From: Acidothermus cellulolyticus 11B
Lineage (GTDB): Bacteria; Actinomycetota; Actinomycetes; Acidothermales; Acidothermaceae
Assembly (NCBI RefSeq): GCF_000015025.1
Contig: NC_008578.1
Span: forward strand, 1,860,001-1,892,000
DNA: 32,000 nt
Direction: 5' to 3'
This document shows positions 18,269 through 26,543 of this stretch, piece after piece. A program made the position numbers and the translations under genes. Numbering within the stretch: the stretch's first letter is position 1; each line of letters starts with the position of its first letter. Under the pieces are notes generated by a model, which saw only the letters and a program-made list of their open reading frames with translations, was not told the DNA's origin and did not search any database.

Positions 18269-18359
18269 GCGCATGCCCGCGCGGGTGCGGGGAAGACGGC
18301 AGGTGCCGCGGACGTCCGCCGTGGTCAGCAGCGCATACCTGCGCGGGTGCGGGGAAGAC
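18269..18359 (-). CRISPR. Degenerate orphan CRISPR remnant: two 29-nt type I-E-like repeats flanking one 33-nt spacer
   Basis: Repeats at 18269-18297 and 18331-18359 differ at 2 positions. On the minus strand they read GTCTTCCCCGCACCCGCGCGGGCATGCGC and GTCTTCCCCGCACCCGCGCAGGTATGCGC, resembling the I-E consensus GxGTTCCCCGC-N-GCGGGGA. The sequence between them (18298-18330) is unrelated to either flank. There are no cas genes in the window. Confidence 0.45.
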
Positions 18360-18388
18360 TCTGAACCCGGAGCCTCGAGGAGACTGCG

Positions 18389-19972
18389 ATGGCCGACAGA
18401 CGACCGGGAGACCTGCGCGAATACCGGCGCAGACGGAATTTCTGCCGCACCCCCGAACCGGCAGGACGCGCGGACCCCCGGCACATTACCCGCAATTCAG
18501 CAGAACCGCGGTTTGTGGTACAGCGACATCGCGCAACGCGGCTGCATTATGACCTTCGACTGGAAATCAACGGGGTCCTGGTGAGCTGGGCCGTGCCGAA
18601 GGGGCCGACCCTGGATCCCACGGTGCGGCGAGCGGCGATCCACGTCGAGGATCATCCGCTGGAATATCTGGACTTTGAAGGTGCGATTCCCCACGGGGAG
18701 TACGGCGGCGGCGACGTCATTGTGTGGGACACCGGCACGTGGCGTCCACACGGCACCGACGATCCGGCACAAGCGGTCGTGGACGGCGAACTCCATGCCG
18801 ATTTCTTCGGCCGCAAACTCCGTGGGCGGTTCGTCTTCGTCCGCCGCGGCACCGATGAAAAATCCTGGCTTGTGCTGCACAAGGACGACGAGCACGCCGT
18901 CCGGGGTTGGAATCCGGAGGATTACCCGCGCTCCGTCCTCTCCGGAGCCACAAACGACGACGTCGCCCGACATCCGCGCCGACTGTGGAGAGGAGGCCGT
19001 GCGCATCCGGTGGCTCAGCACAACGACACCGAAGCGAGTGCCGACGAAATCGCGGCACTCGACGCGCTCGACGATGAGGGCACGTGGGAGGTCTTCGGCA
19101 GGCGCCTCAAGGTGACCCATCTCAACAAGGTGATCTACCCGGGACGCGGACGCACCCACGCACTCACCAAACGCGATCTCCTCCGCTACGCGGCGCGCAT
19201 TGCACCCGTCGTCATGCCGTACCTAGCCGGCCGCCCGTTCACCATGCATCGCTTCCCCGACGGCATCGACGCACCCGGTTTCTGGCACAAACAATTGCCG
19301 TCACACGCTCCTGACTGGTTGCCGCGGTGGCAAAATCCGAGCGCTAAACGCGGAGAAGCAGCGACGTACCTTGTTGTGGACGAACCAGCGGCCTTGATCT
19401 GGGCGGTCAATTTTGGTGCGATCGAGTGGCACGCCTGGACCTCACGCACGGACCGGCCAGACCTGCCGACCTGGGCATTGGTGGACATCGACCCGGGGAG
19501 CCGCACGACGTGGCGGGAGCTCGTCGAGCTGGCCCTCCTTCACCGCGACGCTCTCGACCACCTTGGTGTGCAGGGAAAACCTAAGCTCACCGGTCAACGC
19601 GGCATCCAGATATGGATTCCGATCCGGCGCGGCCCGACATTTGACGACACAAGAGCCTGGGTCGAGCACTTGTCCAAGGTGGTCGGCTCCCTCATGCCCG
19701 ATGCCGTGAGTTGGGAGTGGGAGAAGAAGCGGCGCGCCGGTCGGGCCCGCTTGGATTTCACACAGAACGCGGCGAACAAGACGCTTGTCGCTCCATACAG
19801 CCCGCGTCCATTGCCGCGGGCCCCCGTCTCGGCTCCGGTCGAGTGGGACGAACTCCCGCACCTGCGCCCGGATCGCTTTACCGTGCGCACTATTCTCGAC
19901 CGTCTTGCAGAGCGTGGAGACCCATTCCACGCGCTGCTCACCGTTAACCAACAGCTCCCGCCGCTCGGCTAA
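18389..19972 (+). CDS. ligD: NHEJ protein LigD, phosphoesterase (PE) + polymerase/primase (Pol) domains; no ligase domain
   Basis: PE motifs are YRRRRNFCRTPEP, FVVQRHRATRLHYDLRLE and GVLVSWAVPKGPTLDP. Pol-domain motifs are VTHLNKVIYP, GFWHKQ, DIDPG, KLTGQRGIQIW and DFTQNAANKTLVAPYSPR. I saw no KxDG adenylation motif. RBS GAGGAG lies before ATG 18389. Confidence 0.85.
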   Translation: MADRRPGDLREYRRRRNFCRTPEPAGRADPRHITRNSAEPRFVVQRHRATRLHYDLRLEINGVLVSWAVPKGPTLDPTVRRAAIHVEDHPLEYLDFEGAIPHGEYGGGDVIVWDTGTWRPHGTDDPAQAVVDGELHADFFGRKLRGRFVFVRRGTDEKSWLVLHKDDEHAVRGWNPEDYPRSVLSGATNDDVARHPRRLWRGGRAHPVAQHNDTEASADEIAALDALDDEGTWEVFGRRLKVTHLNKVIYPGRGRTHALTKRDLLRYAARIAPVVMPYLAGRPFTMHRFPDGIDAPGFWHKQLPSHAPDWLPRWQNPSAKRGEAATYLVVDEPAALIWAVNFGAIEWHAWTSRTDRPDLPTWALVDIDPGSRTTWRELVELALLHRDALDHLGVQGKPKLTGQRGIQIWIPIRRGPTFDDTRAWVEHLSKVVGSLMPDAVSWEWEKKRRAGRARLDFTQNAANKTLVAPYSPRPLPRAPVSAPVEWDELPHLRPDRFTVRTILDRLAERGDPFHALLTVNQQLPPLG

Positions 19973-20043
19973 CGGTCACTCACTCTGAGCGATGGGCACG
20001 CCGTCCGATAGGGAACGTTGTCTCTCCCTGCGCCAAGCCGGGC

Positions 20044-20667
20044 TCAGTGCCGCTTTACCGCGCGCCACGCGGTTGGCAACAGCAGTCCGGCGAGGGTCGC
20101 TTTCACGACGTCCCCAAGGACAAAGGGGTAGACGCCGAGTTCAAGTGCTTTCGCCAAGCCCACGTGCAGATCCATCGCCAGCCAGGTCACGCCCGGGAGA
20201 TAAATCAGCACGCTGCCGACGAGAAAGGCGCCGGCGATGGTGTCCACCCGCCGATCCGCGCCTCGCCGCGCCTGCCAACCGACGAAGACGCTCGCGAGGA
20301 GGAAACCAACAAAATAGCCGCCTGTCGGACCGAAAACCTGGTGAACACCGTGCGCACCGCCGGCAAAGACCGGCAAACCCGCGCAGCCTGCGGCGATGTA
20401 GAGGAGCTGGCCGGCGAAACCACGCCAGGCACCGACCGTAGCCGCGCCGAGCAGCACACCGAATGTTTGGCCGGTCACCGGCACCGGCGTACCCGGAATG
20501 TGCACTGAGAATTGCGCGGTCAGCGCGGTGAGCGCAGCGACACCGACGATGAGGATGACATCCAGAGCTCGGCCGCGCACCACCGGTAACAGGCGCTCCG
20601 CGAGGACGGGGCGCGCGGCTGGGGAAGACGGAGCTCCTGCAACCGGACTCATGCTTGTCGACGTCAT
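20044..20667 (-). CDS. bioY: Biotin transporter S-component BioY
   Basis: BioY signatures are PVPVTGQTFGVLLGA, LLYIAAGCAGLPVFAGG and GPTGGYFVGFLLA. A perfect AAGGAGG lies 4 nt before ATG 20667. Confidence 0.88.
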   Translation of the reverse strand: MTSTSMSPVAGAPSSPAARPVLAERLLPVVRGRALDVILIVGVAALTALTAQFSVHIPGTPVPVTGQTFGVLLGAATVGAWRGFAGQLLYIAAGCAGLPVFAGGAHGVHQVFGPTGGYFVGFLLASVFVGWQARRGADRRVDTIAGAFLVGSVLIYLPGVTWLAMDLHVGLAKALELGVYPFVLGDVVKATLAGLLLPTAWRAVKRH

Positions 20668-20800
20668 GGTGCCTCCTTGACAGCGTCAGCTTAGCCCGTC
20701 CAGCGGAGCACACCGTCGTGCCCGGCCTCCGAAGAGGACGCGGGAGGATTGGAGGATTCCTCCAAATAACGGTCGTTCCGCCGCCGGTTATTCTGCCGTC

Positions 20801-21340
20801 GTGACGACGACATCCTCCTCTTCAACCGGATCGCCCACCACCGCTGACATCTTCGCTGACGTGCTGGACGCAAACCGTCGATTCGCCGCGTCCTTCGAGC
20901 ATGCCGGCCTGCTGGGAATCGCTGCTAGACAGCTCGCCGTCCTCACCTGCATGGATTGCCGCATCGATCCGCTCCGGGTACTCGGCCTTGCGCCCGGTGA
21001 TGCGAAAATTCTGCGTAACGCCGGCGCGCGCGTGACACCGGACGTCCTCGCGACGCTCGCTGTCGCCGTCCACCTGCTCAATGTCCGGCGAATTATGGTC
21101 ATGGCACATACCCGGTGTCGCATGGCCAGCGGAACCGAGGATGACCTGCATCAGGCGATTGCGCACGCCGGCGGACCGGATACCCGAAGCCTCGCCTTTC
21201 TCACCACGACCGATCAGACGGCGGCGGTCCAGCGCGACGTTCAGCGCATCCAATCCTGGCCGTATCTTCAAGGCTCCGGCGTTGCCGTTGGTGGCTTTCT
21301 GTACGACGTCGACACCGGAGACGTACATGTCGTCTGCTGA
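20801..21340 (+). CDS. Beta-class carbonic anhydrase
   Basis: Zinc/active-site motifs are CMDCRIDP (CxDxR) and HTRC (HxxC), plus LRNAGARVT. Size and layout resemble small mycobacterial beta-CAs. GTG start with no obvious RBS. Confidence 0.8.
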   Translation: MTTTSSSSTGSPTTADIFADVLDANRRFAASFEHAGLLGIAARQLAVLTCMDCRIDPLRVLGLAPGDAKILRNAGARVTPDVLATLAVAVHLLNVRRIMVMAHTRCRMASGTEDDLHQAIAHAGGPDTRSLAFLTTTDQTAAVQRDVQRIQSWPYLQGSGVAVGGFLYDVDTGDVHVVC

Positions 21341-21416
21341 CGGAGCGATCCGCCGCTGAACCGGGAACAGCGACCTGCCGACCTCGCGATCCGTCCGCTG
21401 ACGGAGCGATTCGCCG
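21332..21416. repeat. 24-nt direct repeat GTC(T/C)GCTGACGGAGCGAT(C/T)CGCCG x2, period 61, first copy spans the carbonic anhydrase stop codon
   Basis: Copies at 21332-21355 and 21393-21416 (22/24 identical). The intervening 37 nt is not obviously related to the sequence after copy 2. Confidence 0.8.
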
Positions 21417-21503
21417 GTGCCGGCGCGATTCACCACCGCCGACCCGGCAACGCGCCGGAACCGAAGCGCCGTAGGCAAATCTCACCGGATGACGGTTGGA
21501 CTG

Positions 21504-23096
21504 CTAAGACGGCAGATGCACGTGCCCGAGGGCCGTCTCCTCGGATTCGGCCAGGCGCGGGCCACGCACCGAGGCGGCAAGCACGCCGGCGGCCAACACG
21601 AGACATGCGGAGAGCACCAGCGCAATGTGTAACCCTTCGGCGAACGCGTCATACAACGCATTGACGAGTTTCTGAATCTCTGGTGACGCCTGGCCGAGCG
21701 GACCGCCGAGGGATGCGCCGCCGTTGAGAATCGCCGAGGTAACGAAGCCCTTGAGTTTCGACCAGCCGAGTGCATTGAGCGTCGACGTCGCGTGAGAAAT
21801 CAACGCTGAATTCACGATGGCTCCGAGAACCGCCGTTCCCACGACGGCGCCGATCTCCCGGCTGGTATTCACCGCCGAACTGGCGACACCGGCGCGATCG
21901 ACAGGCACGGCACTCATTGCGGCAAAAGCCGTCGGCACCACGGTGATTCCGATACCGAGCCCGGCAAGGGCCAACGATGCCGCGAGCGGAAGGTAATGCG
22001 GGTGGCGGGTCAGCGCCCCGTCGGTGAGGAGCAGTCCCAGGGTGAAGACGCCGCATCCGAGGACCACAGGGCGACGAGCACCGGTCCGCCCGATCCATCG
22101 CCCGGTCAGCACGGACGCCGCGATCATGATGACCATCATGGGGATGAACTGCAACGCGATGCGCAAGCCGCTGAATCCGACGACGATGTTGAGATACAAG
22201 GCGGCGAAGAAGAAGACGGCAAACGTCCCGAAATACGTGGCGAAGGCGACGATATTCGGAACGACAAAGGCCGGCATCCGCAGGAACTGCGGGGGAATCA
22301 ACGGCTCAGAGGCGTGGAATTGCCACCACAAGAAGACGAGACCGACGACGACGGACGCGACGAGCAGGCTTATGACGTGCGCCGCGCCGAAGCCGTCGAG
22401 TTCCCCACGCAGAACCCCGAAGACGAGGAGAGCGAGACTTCCGGCGCCCAGAAGACCGCCGACAAGGTCGATGCGCCGGCTCGGTACCCGCGGCGTCTCC
22501 GGCACCACAATCGCCGCAATGGCAAGAGCGGCGACACCGAAGGCGAGGTTGAACCAGAAAATCCAGCGCCAGCTGGATAGTCCAACGATGATGCCGCCGA
22601 TGACCGGCCCGAGGGCGAGCGCGAGCCCAGAGACACCGGCCCAGACTCCCGTCGCCCGAGCTCGTTCCCGGCGTCCCGGAAACAAATACCGGATCATCGC
22701 CAAGGTGCCGGGTTCCGACGCTGCGGCACCGATCCCCATGACACCCCGGCCGGCAATCAGAACTGACGTGTCCGGAGCAACCGCACAGATCACTGAGCCG
22801 ATGCAGAAGACCGCGGCGCCGCTGAACATCACTTTCCGTTCGCCGACCCGGTCCCCCAAGGCGCCGGCGAGCAGCATCGCGGACGCGAAGGTCAACGCAT
22901 AGGCGTTCACCACCCACTGCAGGGACTGCACCCCGGCGGACAACCGCTGCTGAATATCACCAAGCGCCACGCTGACGATCGTGTTGTCCAGAAAGGTGAG
23001 GAAGAGCAGCGTACAGACCGCCGCGAGTCCAAGACCGCGGCGGTGAACGGCGTCCCGCCCCGCGAGCGTGGACGGCAAGAGCTGTCGGATTCGCAC
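21504..23096 (-). CDS. MFS transporter, DHA2 (EmrB/QacA-like, 14-TMS) subfamily
   Basis: About 14 hydrophobic segments. Motifs LDNTIVSVAL and GALGDRVGERKV (motif A-like). GTG 23096 (530 aa) avoids overlap with upstream galM, whereas the ORF-track start at 23228 overlaps it by 46 nt. Confidence 0.8.
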   Translation of the reverse strand: MRIRQLLPSTLAGRDAVHRRGLGLAAVCTLLFLTFLDNTIVSVALGDIQQRLSAGVQSLQWVVNAYALTFASAMLLAGALGDRVGERKVMFSGAAVFCIGSVICAVAPDTSVLIAGRGVMGIGAAASEPGTLAMIRYLFPGRRERARATGVWAGVSGLALALGPVIGGIIVGLSSWRWIFWFNLAFGVAALAIAAIVVPETPRVPSRRIDLVGGLLGAGSLALLVFGVLRGELDGFGAAHVISLLVASVVVGLVFLWWQFHASEPLIPPQFLRMPAFVVPNIVAFATYFGTFAVFFFAALYLNIVVGFSGLRIALQFIPMMVIMIAASVLTGRWIGRTGARRPVVLGCGVFTLGLLLTDGALTRHPHYLPLAASLALAGLGIGITVVPTAFAAMSAVPVDRAGVASSAVNTSREIGAVVGTAVLGAIVNSALISHATSTLNALGWSKLKGFVTSAILNGGASLGGPLGQASPEIQKLVNALYDAFAEGLHIALVLSACLVLAAGVLAASVRGPRLAESEETALGHVHLPS

Positions 23097-23182
23097 CGAG
23101 ATCCAGTATGCGCTGGATCTCCGGCTACCGGGCGGCTGTCGCGCCTGGATAATGCCCGCCGCGCCAGGATAACGGCGACTGC

Positions 23183-24160
23183 TCAAGCCCACCCGTCGGC
23201 ATCCGCCGGCCGGAGCGTCACACCCCACGCGGCAGAGAAACTCTCCCCAGGCGCGAGGATGAGCAGGCCCTGGTGGTTGTTGAACGCATTCGGCGCGGCC
23301 GTCATCGGCTCGACGGCTATCCCGCGCCGGGCATAGGCGGCTGCCCGCTTGTCGCCGGTGTATACCTGCCAGAACGCGAACACCGGCTCAGCCCAGAGGT
23401 CGACGACGAATCCGTCGGGTCGGGACAGACGGGCGTGCACCAAGCCGTCGTTCTCGACGACGACATCGAAGAAGCCATCGTCGAGCCGACGACCGGCCAG
23501 CGGGTACCCGTCAAGCCACCCATCCGCCGCCACGTCACCCACCGGAATTTGCCGGGCATCGGTGAGGAACCGCCGTCGCACACCAAGGCGCAGGGTGCAA
23601 TCGTCGACCGACGCCTCTCCTCCCGTCGGCGTGCGACCCGCCGACAGATACGGGTGGAAACCCAGCGCGTACGGGCAGGGTTGACGACCCACATTCTCCG
23701 CCAGCGCGTCGACTCGAATGCCGTCATCGACCAGCGTGTAGCGCACGGTTGTCACCACATGAAATGGGTAGCCGTCGACGGGTGTCGCGTCCAACCGGAG
23801 ATCAACGTATTCGGTCTTGTCGTCAGAGCCGACATCGAGGACCCGCCAGTCGACGTCCCAGCCGAGTCCGTGCAACGCGCTCCCGGTCTCCGGCTCATTG
23901 ATCGGCAGCTGGTACTCGACACCGGCGAAGCGGTACCGGCCGTCCGCGATGCGGTTCGGCCAGGGGGTCAGCACGCAGCCGGTGAACGCTCCGGTCTCGC
24001 CGGGAACAGCCGGTTGGAAGACATCCCGGTCGCCGACGCGCAGCACCTGGACGGCTGCTCCCCGCCGGGCAACCACCAGGGTGGTCGCGCCGCGGTGCAG
24101 GCTGACCTCGTTGTGCGGGCTGACCTCGTTGTCCACGCTTCGACCAGGGGACTCGTGCAT
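23183..24160 (-). CDS. galM: Aldose 1-epimerase family protein
   Basis: Motifs LTPWPNRIADGRYRF, LHGL and GFHPYL. It sits next to the galTEK operon. The N-terminus contains an in-frame 18-nt tandem duplication (NEVSPH/NEVSLH). Confidence 0.8.
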   Translation of the reverse strand: MHESPGRSVDNEVSPHNEVSLHRGATTLVVARRGAAVQVLRVGDRDVFQPAVPGETGAFTGCVLTPWPNRIADGRYRFAGVEYQLPINEPETGSALHGLGWDVDWRVLDVGSDDKTEYVDLRLDATPVDGYPFHVVTTVRYTLVDDGIRVDALAENVGRQPCPYALGFHPYLSAGRTPTGGEASVDDCTLRLGVRRRFLTDARQIPVGDVAADGWLDGYPLAGRRLDDGFFDVVVENDGLVHARLSRPDGFVVDLWAEPVFAFWQVYTGDKRAAAYARRGIAVEPMTAAPNAFNNHQGLLILAPGESFSAAWGVTLRPADADGWA

Positions 24161-24213
24161 GGTCGAATCCCATCACGGACCCCGACGCCGGCATCTGCGG
24201 GGCCCAGCAGTGC

Positions 24214-24298
24214 CGCCCCCGGCCCACCTGCCGTCAGCCCTGCCGGCCGCCCCGGCCGCCGCGATTCGCCCCCGGCCCACCTGCCGTCAGCCCTGCCG
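24214..24298. repeat. 32-nt perfect direct repeat CGCCCCCGGCCCACCTGCCGTCAGCCCTGCCG x2, period 53, in the galM/galT divergent region
   Basis: Copies at 24214-24245 and 24267-24298, read directly. Confidence 0.85.
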
Positions 24299-24477
24299 CC
24301 CGCCCGGGACCGGCACCCCGGCCGACTGCCCGCTGTGCGACGATAGGCGACGGTCATCGACGAGCGCGGTGACAATTTTTGGTCGGTCAGCAGGCGGCTG
24401 GTGACGGCGGCGGTACGGACACGGTGCACGAACACGACGGCCCGAATACAGCGTCGCGACGACCCGTCGTGCCGATC

Positions 24478-25557
24478 GTGACACAGTTGGCGGACGGGCG
24501 GGAAATCCGCTATTACGACGACCCAGGGGTGCCCATCGACCACGGCGATCTGGTGGACCACCGAGAACTCCCGTCGATGACGCCGACCTCCATCCGCCGC
24601 TTTGACCGGCTCCTCGACGAATGGGTGACCATCGCCGGACACCGTCAGTCCCGTACCTACCTGCCGCCGGACGACGAATGCCCGCTCTGCCCGTCGAAAC
24701 AGGGCCGTCAGTCCGAAATTCCCGCGCGCGACTATCACGTCGTCGTTTTCGAGAACCGATTTCCGTCGTTCACCACCACCGCGCGGGTGCCCTCGGACGG
24801 CGATGGATTCTTTGTGACCGAACCGGGCCTTGGACGGTGCGAAGTGGTCTGCTTCACGTCCGACCACACGGCCGCGTTCTCGTCGCTTCCGGTAACCCGC
24901 GTGCGAACCGTCATTGACGCATGGATCGACCGGACGCTCGAACTGTCCCGGCTTCCGTACGTCGAACAGGTCTTCTGTTTTGAGAATCGGGGCTCAGAGA
25001 TCGGCGTGACGTTGAGTCATCCACACGGCCAGATTTACGGCTATCCGTTCGTCACCCCGCGGACCCGGCGAATGCTCGACTCGGCCCGCGCCCACCACGA
25101 GCGGACCGGGCGAAATTTGTTCGCCGACATCGTCGCCGCGGAGGTCGCCGCCGGGACTCGGATCATTGCGGGCAACGCGCACTGGGTCGCATTCGTGCCG
25201 TACGCCGCCCGGTGGCCCTTGGAGGTGCACCTGTACCCGCGTCGCCGAGTGCCCGACCTGCCCGCGCTGAACGACGCGGAGCGTGACGCGTTGGCCCCCA
25301 TCTACCTCGAGGTCGTCCGGCGGATGGAACACGTGTACCCCGACACCATGCCGTACATCGCGGCATGGCATCAGGCTCCGGTGCGGGTCGGCCGGGAACT
25401 CGCCTACCTGCATCTGGAACTTTTCTCCATCCGCCGAGCGCCGGGCAAGCTCAAATTCCTGGCCGGTTCGGAATCCGCCATGGGAGCATTCATCAACGAC
25501 GTCCTTCCCGAGGAGGCAGCCGACATGCTGCGCACCGTTTCCATCGATCCGTCATGA
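24478..25557 (+). CDS. galT: Galactose-1-phosphate uridylyltransferase (HIT superfamily)
   Basis: Motifs CPLCP and SHPHGQIYGYPF. GTG 24478 (VTQLADGREIRYYDD..., 359 aa) or GTG 24469 fits typical GalT length. The ORF-track start at 24379 adds an atypical extension. The stop overlaps the galE start (ATGA). Confidence 0.85.
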   Translation: MTQLADGREIRYYDDPGVPIDHGDLVDHRELPSMTPTSIRRFDRLLDEWVTIAGHRQSRTYLPPDDECPLCPSKQGRQSEIPARDYHVVVFENRFPSFTTTARVPSDGDGFFVTEPGLGRCEVVCFTSDHTAAFSSLPVTRVRTVIDAWIDRTLELSRLPYVEQVFCFENRGSEIGVTLSHPHGQIYGYPFVTPRTRRMLDSARAHHERTGRNLFADIVAAEVAAGTRIIAGNAHWVAFVPYAARWPLEVHLYPRRRVPDLPALNDAERDALAPIYLEVVRRMEHVYPDTMPYIAAWHQAPVRVGRELAYLHLELFSIRRAPGKLKFLAGSESAMGAFINDVLPEEAADMLRTVSIDPS

Positions 25558-26543
25558 AAGTCCTCGTCACCGGAGGCGCCGGCTATATCGGCAGTGTCGT
25601 CACGCGCGTGCTCATCGAGGACGGGCACGACGTCGTCGTCCTCGACGACCTCTCCACCGGTCATCGTGACGCCGTACCGGCGGGCGTGCCGTTCGTTCAT
25701 GCCGACATCGCGGACGCGGGCGACGTCCTGGCCCGCGAGCCGTTCGATGGCGTCCTGCATTTTGCGGCGAAATCGCTCGTCGGAGAATCCATGAACAGAC
25801 CGGAGTTGTACTGGGCAACGAATGTCTGCGGCACCCGGCACCTGCTGGACGCCATGCGGCGTCACAGCGTTCCCCGGCTCATCTTTTCGTCAACCGCCGC
25901 GGTGTACGGCGAGGGCGGCCCCGACGGCATCGGTGAGGACACGCCTCCCCGGCCGACAAGCCCCTATGGGACGTCGAAACTCGCCGTTGACCTGATGATT
26001 TCCGATGAGTGTCGGGCATATCCGCTGGGTGCGGTGAGTTTGCGGTACTTCAACGTCGCCGGAGCGTACGGACCATGCGGCGAGCGGCACCGCACGGAAA
26101 CTCATCTCATTCCCATCACGCTCGATGTCGCCGCCGGCCGCCGTCCGCACTTGGAAATTTACGGAAACGATTGGCCGACCCCCGACGGTACGTGCATGCG
26201 GGATTACATCCACGTCCTCGACCTGGCGCGTGCCCACGTCGTCGCGTTGCAGCACGCCCGTCCGGGACACCATGCCATCTACAACCTCGGCAACGGCCGA
26301 GGTTTCTCGGTCCGGGAGGTCGTCGCTGCCGTCGAACGGGTCACCGGACGGCGTGTGCCCGTCACCGTCGCACCACGTCGACCGGGTGATCCCGCCTGGC
26401 TGGTCGCCGACGATTCCCGGGCCCGCGCGGAATTGAACTGGCAACCACAGGCCGATTTGGACACGATCATTGCGGACGCGTGGGCGTTTCATCAACAACG
26501 CCGGCACACCGACGGACTGGCAGGCGGGGGGACGACGTCGTGA
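25554..26543 (+). CDS. galE: UDP-glucose 4-epimerase
   Basis: MKVLVTGGAGYIGS Rossmann start and the YGTSK catalytic motif; 329 aa. ATGA overlap with galT and GTGA overlap with galK. Confidence 0.9.
   Translation: MKVLVTGGAGYIGSVVTRVLIEDGHDVVVLDDLSTGHRDAVPAGVPFVHADIADAGDVLAREPFDGVLHFAAKSLVGESMNRPELYWATNVCGTRHLLDAMRRHSVPRLIFSSTAAVYGEGGPDGIGEDTPPRPTSPYGTSKLAVDLMISDECRAYPLGAVSLRYFNVAGAYGPCGERHRTETHLIPITLDVAAGRRPHLEIYGNDWPTPDGTCMRDYIHVLDLARAHVVALQHARPGHHAIYNLGNGRGFSVREVVAAVERVTGRRVPVTVAPRRPGDPAWLVADDSRARAELNWQPQADLDTIIADAWAFHQQRRHTDGLAGGGTTS

Noticed and set aside
20668-20800. Small palindromes (GGAGGATTCCTCC; AATAACGG...CCGGTTATT) between bioY and the carbonic anhydrase gene as a biotin-repressor operator
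   Set aside because: The arms are short or imperfect and do not resemble the BirA/BioQ operator motifs I know (TGAAC-N3-GTTCA-like). That is insufficient support for a regulatory call.
21100-21125. HTRCRM instead of the usual HTxCG in the beta-carbonic anhydrase
   Set aside because: The zinc ligands (CxDxR ... HxxC) are all present. The Gly-to-Arg change is a minor variation and not evidence of loss of function.
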